NCBI GenBank assembly: GCA_004284765.1
Contig: NQJD01000039.1
Coordinates: forward strand, 1-22,726
Length of the DNA stretch: 22,726 nucleotides
From: Candidatus Electronema aureum
Lineage (GTDB): Bacteria > Desulfobacterota > Desulfobulbia > Desulfobulbales > Desulfobulbaceae
Reading direction: 5' to 3'
The notes under the pieces were generated by a model. That model was not told the origin of the DNA, did not search any database, and worked only from the letters and a program-made list of their open reading frames with translations. Below, piece after piece: positions 16,660-22,103 of the stretch (positions within the stretch are counted from its first letter, which is position 1; each line of letters opens with the position of its first letter). A program made the position numbers and the translations under genes.

Positions 16660-16896
16660 ATGAGAATCGCGCAAGTCACACCAAAGGAAAATGGATTGCT
16701 TCACATTGTTGCCGAAGACGGACGCAATGGTGTTTTTGATGTGCGGCCATATTTGAATTCTGAGGCGTTCAGGCCGCTGCAAGACTGGCATGAATTTTCC
16801 TGTATCATCAACGGCAGCTATTTTATTGAGTGGAAATGCGGAGCTGATCTGTCAGCAGACACCATTGAAGCTAAATGGCAAATATATGCCGCTTGA
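16660..16896 (+). CDS. DUF2442-family small protein.
   Basis: MRIAQVTPKENGLLHIVAEDGRNGVFDVRPYLNSEAF...FIEWKCGADLSADTI fits the ~80-aa DUF2442 pattern (v..v.p..d..L.v.f.dG....d......). ATG 16660 is preferred over the 16609 start. Confidence 0.6.
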   Translation: MRIAQVTPKENGLLHIVAEDGRNGVFDVRPYLNSEAFRPLQDWHEFSCIINGSYFIEWKCGADLSADTIEAKWQIYAA

Positions 16897-16905
16897 TTTG
16901 ATTGC

Positions 16906-17312
16906 GCTGCGGCAGCCGTCGGACAGATAAGCCATCCATCGTTCAGGCAGGCCGCGCAGTATTTCCTGCGCCTCGATGCAAACTTGCTGCATGGCGTTTC
17001 AGGCTTGGGATGCGGCATCTGCTGGACAGGCAAAGCAGCCGTATTGCAAATAAACCGCTTGAAATTTTCGCATCTCATGGTAAAAATGATGTGCGGCATT
17101 TCAAATATGCGACGCGGCAGCCGTCGTTCAGGCAGCTTATCTGTCTGACAGACGGGCCGCCGAAATTTCAGCGCAGCGGCGCAAACTTGCTTCAGGGCAT
17201 TCTCAGTTTGCAGCGCGGCATCTGTCGTTCCGATGCGCCGCCGGTCTTTCGGGCCAGCCGCCTGAAGCGCAGGTGCCGCGCCGCAACGCTGAACTGCCGC
17301 ATCTGACTATCC
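16906..17312. repeat. Diverged tandem duplication (2 units of ~203-205 bp) in a GC-rich non-coding spacer. It contains a 15-bp inverted repeat.
   Basis: Three anchors recur at a constant offset: gcggcagccgtcg (16909 and 17114), gcaaacttgct (16978 and 17181) and gcggcatctg (17012 and 17215). gtcggacagataagc (16918-16932) is the reverse complement (14 of 15) of gcttatctgtctgac (17135-17149). Confidence 0.75.
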
Positions 17313-17338
17313 CATCTTAACCGCAGAAGGAGCGCAGC

Positions 17339-17962
17339 ATGGCGACATTTCCTGTCCGCGAGGCGGACATCATGGCACTGGCGCAAAGCATCATCGCCGG
17401 GATGACGGAAAATCCAGATTATCCTTCGCCGCCGCTTTCGCCAACAGAGCTACGCGCCCGGCTGGATGCGTTCAGCGGATCAAGCGACGCGCAGGCATCG
17501 GCCCAGTCTGCGGCGCAGCAGGCCACGGAAACCAAGCGCACGGATTTGGAAGAGCTGATTGCGGGCATGAAGGCCGCCATGCTGCATTATGCCGAAGACG
17601 CGGTGCGCGGCAATGATGCCAAGCTGGCCGCTCTGGGCTGGAGCGGTCGCGCGCCCCGCACGCCGCATGTGCCGCAGCTGCCCGGCCAGCCGCGCAATGT
17701 CAGGGCGCAGCAGCAGGGCGAGGGCAGCATGACGCTGGCGTGGGATGAGGCTGAGAACGGCGACGCTGCTGCCTGTTACAAGGCCGAACGCCGCAGCCTG
17801 AACAACGGCGTGTGGAGCGCATGGCAGATCGTCGGCACAGCGGTCAGCACGAGCATCGCGCTGTCCGGCCAGCCGCGCGGCAACACGCTGGAATACCGCA
17901 TCATCGCCATCAACAACGCGGGCGAAAGCCTGCCGAGCAACACCGCGACGGCAGTGCTGTGA
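17339..17962 (+). CDS. Paralog P2: full-length helical N-domain plus a C-terminal fibronectin type III-like domain.
   Basis: The N-terminus FPVREADIMALAQSIIAGMTENPDYPSPPLSPTELRARLDAF is homologous to P1 and P3. The C-terminus PGQPRNVRAQQQGEGSMTLAWDEAENGDAAACYKAERRS...LEYRIIAINNAGESLPSN is a typical FN3 pattern. SD gaaggag lies upstream. Composition is GC-rich. Confidence 0.8.
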   Translation: MATFPVREADIMALAQSIIAGMTENPDYPSPPLSPTELRARLDAFSGSSDAQASAQSAAQQATETKRTDLEELIAGMKAAMLHYAEDAVRGNDAKLAALGWSGRAPRTPHVPQLPGQPRNVRAQQQGEGSMTLAWDEAENGDAAACYKAERRSLNNGVWSAWQIVGTAVSTSIALSGQPRGNTLEYRIIAINNAGESLPSNTATAVL

Positions 17963-18028
17963 ATTTTTGTGAATTTTTTCCGGCAGAAAAATTTGCAGTC
18001 GAATTATCTGCCCCCTTCTTTTTCGCAG

Positions 18029-18075
18029 AGCACGTGTGCTTTTGCATCTCAAACACACGTGTTTTCATTTTTTAA
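18029..18075 (+). terminator. Hairpin plus T-rich tail between P2 and the methyltransferase gene. It is a terminator or an operator.
   Basis: cacgtgtg (18031-18038) pairs with cacacgtg (18054-18061). The loop is cttttgcatctcaaa, followed by ttttcatttttt. Each arm contains the palindrome CACGTG. It lies inside the unsupported N-terminal extension of ORF 17969. Confidence 0.5.
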
Positions 18076-18088
18076 TTCATCGAGTATT

Positions 18089-18955
18089 ATGCCTTCCTGT
18101 TTAAACCCCATTGAAACATCTGATTCAACTATAAACAATCTCGATGAAAAAAGATGGAGCGTTTACAACGGAGATGCAGTTCAAGTTTTAAAAACTCTTC
18201 CAGATAATTCATATAATTGCATAGTCACTTCTCCGCCGTATTACTGGCTTCGAGATTATGGAACAGATGAGCAAATCGGAAAAGAAGATACTGTAGAGCA
18301 ATACATTTTTTCTGTATGCGCTGTTTTTGATGAAATTTATAGAGTAATGAAAGATGATGGATTAGTTTTTATCAATCTTGGCGACACCTATTATTCAGGA
18401 AAAGGACAATCTCATGGCGTTGACAAAAAGAGCAGAAAAAGACGCTTTGGCTTAAGAGCTGTTGATAAAAGCGGAGGGCTTGATATCGGGATTAAACCAA
18501 AATCATTGATAGGTATTCCTTGGAGAGTCGCTTTGGAAATGATGAAGCGAAATTGGACACTTCGGAGTTCAATTATTTGGTATCGTAAATATTCGCTTCC
18601 AGAATCGGTGAAGGATCGCCCGAAAAGAAGTTACGAACATATATTTATGTTCGTAAAAAATCGTAAATATTATTTTAATCAAAGTGCATTTGGTGCCGAT
18701 GAGCAAGGAGATGTGTGGACAATTGTTCCCCGGCCAAAATCGGCGCACTTGGGAACAGCACCGTATCCCGATGAGCTTGTGCAGCGATGTCTTGATATGG
18801 GTTGTCCGCCTGGCGGTTCGGTTTTAGATCCGTTCGCGGGCAGCGGCACAACCTTGCGTGTTGCTGTGCAGTCCGGTCGTTTTGCCACAGGGATTGATAA
18901 CAATCCAGAATTTTGTCAATTTATGTCTAGTGAATTGCAAAGGATTTCAAAATGA
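18089..18955 (+). CDS. DNA methyltransferase, beta-class N4-cytosine/N6-adenine (N6_N4_Mtase family).
   Basis: Motif IV is IVTSPPYY near the N-terminus, and motif I is VLDPFAGSGTT near the C-terminus. That is the circular permutation of beta-class amino-MTases. The start is taken at ATG 18089. The stop overlaps the next gene's ATG (ATGA at 18952-18955). Confidence 0.9.
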   Translation: MPSCLNPIETSDSTINNLDEKRWSVYNGDAVQVLKTLPDNSYNCIVTSPPYYWLRDYGTDEQIGKEDTVEQYIFSVCAVFDEIYRVMKDDGLVFINLGDTYYSGKGQSHGVDKKSRKRRFGLRAVDKSGGLDIGIKPKSLIGIPWRVALEMMKRNWTLRSSIIWYRKYSLPESVKDRPKRSYEHIFMFVKNRKYYFNQSAFGADEQGDVWTIVPRPKSAHLGTAPYPDELVQRCLDMGCPPGGSVLDPFAGSGTTLRVAVQSGRFATGIDNNPEFCQFMSSELQRISK

Positions 18956-20865
18956 AATCAATATATTTCAGTCAAGACATAATCCACCAGTCTTTGTCAA
19001 AATTAGAAAAAATCAATCCATTTTATGGCATCTGTTTTCTTGTCTTCAAGCAAGGGAATCTTCCTGTCGGTGAAGCCGTTAATTTTCCTGCTGATCGCAA
19101 CGATGATGAATTCCTGAAAAAATATTACCATCCAGACCAGCAGTCTAATCATTTTTTCAGAGTGTTCCGTGGGGCGGATAAAAAAAAGTATTGGCTGAGT
19201 CCTGATTATGCCTCAAGCGGACTTCAAGCTGTCAGAACGCAAACCTTCCGAGACACATTGCTGCATGAATCCGGCAGCACGCAATGGGGATGGAAAGACA
19301 ATTATTTAGCGGTACTGAAAGAAAAACCAAAAAAGCAATTATTGCCAGCTTTTTATATGGCTGTCTGGCTTTATCGTGAAGAGCCTTGGCAAGAAAATAG
19401 CACCTGCGAGGAAGTTGTCAGAAAGTTTTTTAGTGATTTCAATATTAACGAAAATGAACAAGGAGAACTTTTTGATGCTTCCGTCCCGCAGAATGTGCAG
19501 GACTGTTTTGCTGATGAACTTTTCTCGTGGCCGAAGTTAGTCAACGCACTTGGGATTCCAGACCCTCCAGATTCCCCGCCTGAAGAAGGGGCGATACTAT
19601 CTTCTTTGTCACTACAAGAAGTAGGGCCGGCTCATAGCCTTCAAATCAATTTAGCTGAGAGGGTGAATTTATTTACCGGCGACAATGGACTTGGAAAAAG
19701 TTTTCTGCTGGAGATTGCCTATTGGACAATAAGCGGCATCTGGCCAGGTTTTCAGGCGTATCCAAGGACAAATGCGGCTGAATCTGCCATCTCTTTCAAT
19801 CTGCTTGGACCATCTGGCAAAATTAAGGAGCACACATCAACGTATGACTGGACAAGGCAGCATTGGCAGCATAAAAAATCAATAAGGGCGGGCTTGCTGG
19901 TGTATGGCAGGGCAGATGGTGCTTTTGCTGTTTGGGATCCGGCAAAGGATTGTTGGCCGGACTCTGAAAAGAAAAAAATAATTTTTTCCAGGGAAGAGAT
20001 ATGGGAAGGTCTTCAAGATAAAACTGGTGGCAAGACAAGTTATGTGGCCAATGGATTAATTGCTGATTGGGTTCATTGGCAAAACAGTCCAGATAAAAGT
20101 GCCTTTGAAATCTTGCGAAATGTTTTGAAACGACTTTCTCCGCCTGATTTGACACGGGGAGACTTAGGGATTTTGGAACCCGGCCAGCCGGTCAGAATTT
20201 CGGGCGACAGCCGATGGATGCCCACCATAAAGCATCCGTATGGTGAAACACCATTAGCATATGCCTCTGCGGGTGTTCGCCGGATTGTTGCCTTGGCATA
20301 TATAATCGTTTGGGCCTGGCTGGAACACAAAGAACAATCAAAGTTGATGCACAGAAATCCGCAGAAAAGCATGATGATTCTCGTGGATGAAATCGAAGCG
20401 CATCTGCATCCAAAATGGCAGCGCAGAATTTTGCCTTCCCTGCTGGAGGTTCAGAAGGATTTGTCTTCCGAAGAGCTTCGGGTGCAATTGTTAGCCGTCA
20501 CGCATTCGCCGCTGGTCATGGCTTCCGCCGAGCCGTTTTTTGATTCTGAAAAGGATGCTTGGTTTGATCTTGATCTTGTTGAGAACGGCGATGATCAAGA
20601 TCACCTCGTGGCTTTAAGCAGACGGCCCCTACTCCGGCGGGGCGATGCCTCAAGCTGGCTGACCAGCGAGGCATTTGATATGGCCAGCGCACGGTCAGCG
20701 GAAGCGGAGCAAGTTCTTGAAGATGCGGCCATAGCCTTGAGCGACGAATCCTTTACTGCTGCTCAGGCAGGAAAGCTCGACGCAGAGCTGAGAAAGGTCT
20801 TGGGCGACACAGACCCGTTCTGGATGCGCTGGCGGTTCATTGCCGAGAAAAAAGGATGGCTTTGA
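18952..20865 (+). CDS. ABC/AAA_21-type ATPase (PtuA/Septu-like) with an uncharacterised ~200-aa N-terminal domain.
   Basis: Walker A is LFTGDNGLGKSFLLE (from nt 19678). Walker B is MMILVDEIEAHLHPKWQ, and the H-loop region is LLAVTHSPLV. The N-terminal 200 aa match nothing I recognise. A Pro-rich linker, PDPPDSPPEEG, separates the domains. Confidence 0.85.
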   Translation: MKSIYFSQDIIHQSLSKLEKINPFYGICFLVFKQGNLPVGEAVNFPADRNDDEFLKKYYHPDQQSNHFFRVFRGADKKKYWLSPDYASSGLQAVRTQTFRDTLLHESGSTQWGWKDNYLAVLKEKPKKQLLPAFYMAVWLYREEPWQENSTCEEVVRKFFSDFNINENEQGELFDASVPQNVQDCFADELFSWPKLVNALGIPDPPDSPPEEGAILSSLSLQEVGPAHSLQINLAERVNLFTGDNGLGKSFLLEIAYWTISGIWPGFQAYPRTNAAESAISFNLLGPSGKIKEHTSTYDWTRQHWQHKKSIRAGLLVYGRADGAFAVWDPAKDCWPDSEKKKIIFSREEIWEGLQDKTGGKTSYVANGLIADWVHWQNSPDKSAFEILRNVLKRLSPPDLTRGDLGILEPGQPVRISGDSRWMPTIKHPYGETPLAYASAGVRRIVALAYIIVWAWLEHKEQSKLMHRNPQKSMMILVDEIEAHLHPKWQRRILPSLLEVQKDLSSEELRVQLLAVTHSPLVMASAEPFFDSEKDAWFDLDLVENGDDQDHLVALSRRPLLRRGDASSWLTSEAFDMASARSAEAEQVLEDAAIALSDESFTAAQAGKLDAELRKVLGDTDPFWMRWRFIAEKKGWL

Positions 20866-21465
20866 ATGATTCCTGTGCTTGAACAGTCTGAACCGGCAGA
20901 CTTTGATGCGAAGGTGCGGCAGAAAGGGCTGGCGTTTCTGCGTAAGAAAGGCATCGCGCTGGATCAGCCTCTTCCGGACAAGGCTGATATTGCCCCGTAT
21001 TGGCGTGACTGTCTTGATGATTTGCATTCACTGTATCATGGCTGCTGCGCTTATCTCGCCATTTTCATCGAGCGTGTCACTGGAGACGCATCTGTTGATC
21101 ATTTCATAGCCAAATCTAAACAGGCTGATCTTGCGTATGAATGGAGCAATTATCGTCTTGCCTGCCTGACGATGAACAGCCGCAAGCGGAACTATGATGA
21201 TGTTCTTGATCCGTTCTCTGTCCAATCTGGCTGGTTTCATCTTGAATTAGTCAGCGGACGCATTTATCCGAATTCTAATTTGCCATCGAACACAAAGAAG
21301 CAGATAGAAGAAACGATCGAACGCCTGCATTTGGATGACGCAGGAAACAGAGAAATACGGTCTCGCCATTATTATGAATATGCTGCAAAAGGATACCCGA
21401 CTGACTATCTCAAAACAAGATCGCCATTTGTTTATACAGAAGCACTGCGGCAAGGTCTTTTGTAA
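20866..21465 (+). CDS. TIGR02646/PtuB-like HNH-type nuclease homolog with a degenerate zinc-cysteine set.
   Basis: The ATG immediately follows the ATPase stop (tgaATG). CCAYLAIFIERVTGDASVDHFIAKSKQADLAYEWSNYRLACLTMNSRKRNYD follows the family pattern C.YCE...(D/I)H..P......W.N...AC..CN..K. However, the second Cys of each pair is replaced (CAYL, CLTM). Confidence 0.65.
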   Translation: MIPVLEQSEPADFDAKVRQKGLAFLRKKGIALDQPLPDKADIAPYWRDCLDDLHSLYHGCCAYLAIFIERVTGDASVDHFIAKSKQADLAYEWSNYRLACLTMNSRKRNYDDVLDPFSVQSGWFHLELVSGRIYPNSNLPSNTKKQIEETIERLHLDDAGNREIRSRHYYEYAAKGYPTDYLKTRSPFVYTEALRQGLL

Positions 21466-21546
21466 CTACATATCAACACCGTGACGGTGGTGCTGTGACA
21501 GGGCAATAAAGGCAGTGAATTTTATTTACCGCAAGGAGGATGCGCC

Positions 21547-21816
21547 ATGGAATTCCCGACCAGCGAGGCGGAAATCATCGCCTTGGCCGAAAAAATGATC
21601 GCCGGGCTGACCGATAACCCGAATTTCCCTTCGCCGCCGGTTTCAGCAGCCGAGCTGCGCAAGATGCTGGATAAGTTCATCGCTCTAAGAAACGCGGAGA
21701 CTGCTGCGGAAATTGCGGAGATACAGTCCACAGCCGCCGCAGAAAAGGCCCTGAATGAGCTGTTTGATGCTACGGAGAAAAGCGCGACACCGACACGGCC
21801 AGTTCAATGGAATTGA
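21547..21816 (+). CDS. Paralog P3: short helical protein homologous to P1 and to the P2 N-domain.
   Basis: MEFPTSEAEIIALAEKMIAGLTDNPNFPSPPVSAAELRKMLDKFIALRNAE. It shares an 18-nt identical stretch, ccggtttcagcagccgag, with P1. SD aaggagg lies upstream. Confidence 0.6.
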   Translation: MEFPTSEAEIIALAEKMIAGLTDNPNFPSPPVSAAELRKMLDKFIALRNAETAAEIAEIQSTAAAEKALNELFDATEKSATPTRPVQWN

Positions 21817-21875
21817 TGCTCACAAATAGAACTGCCTCTGCGCACAGCGGCTGCACCAAGCATGTGTGCGATGTA

Positions 21876-21897
21876 GGGGCGAAAGATTTTTCGCCCC
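21876..21897 (+). terminator. Perfect 9-bp GC-rich hairpin. It is either a terminator of P3 or a REP-like target hairpin at the IS border.
   Basis: ggggcgaaa (21876-21884) pairs with tttcgcccc (21889-21897). The loop is gatt, followed by ttgtatta. Confidence 0.5.
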
Positions 21898-21900
21898 TTG

Positions 21901-22103
21901 TATTATGAGATTGGGATGGATTAGCATAATCCATCTTTATGGAAGGAGAGTCGGATGCCGTTTCGCCCCTTGGACCCAAGAGTTCGCGACGTAGATAATG
22001 CACCGGCATCTCCTGTTTTTCCTGCTGGAACTTGGACAGTATCAATGGCCCGACTGAGTCGGAAGCCCGCATCCACAAGGTTAAGTTTGCAGGAGGTTTT
22101 ATC
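21901..22103 (+). ncRNA. Candidate IS110-type bridge RNA / structured left non-coding end of the IS.
   Basis: About 200 nt of non-coding sequence lie directly upstream of an IS110-group recombinase gene. It contains stem-loops gatggatta-gca-taatccatc (21915-21935) and ccgac-tga-gtcgg (22049-22061). An internal 12-mer, tttcgccccttg (21961-21972), is identical to the flank at 21889-21900. Boundaries and existence are inferred only. Confidence 0.3.

Noticed and set aside
16902-17306. A 134-aa ORF (MRCGSRRTDKPS...) in the GC-rich spacer, and the antisense 17192-17386.
   Set aside because: It is Arg/Cys-rich, has no SD, and coincides exactly with the diverged tandem DNA repeat. The repeat units are not conserved in frame, so the signal is at the DNA or RNA level, not the protein level.
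16906-17312. A CRISPR array or integron attC array.
   Set aside because: There are only two long (~203 bp) diverged units with no short repeat/spacer periodicity. No cas or intI genes are nearby.
17963-18030. Similarity between the sequence after the P2 stop and the sequence after the pgk stop (tttttgt, tctgccc, aaatttgcag), read as another att-like copy.
   Set aside because: The shared words occur in a different order, so they are not collinear. This is compatible with chance in AT-rich terminator regions.
17480-18058. A 192-aa minus-strand ORF opposite P2, and the 17812-18075 plus-strand ORF.
   Set aside because: These are shadow frames of the GC-rich P2 gene. P2 has a clear FN3 pattern and an SD.
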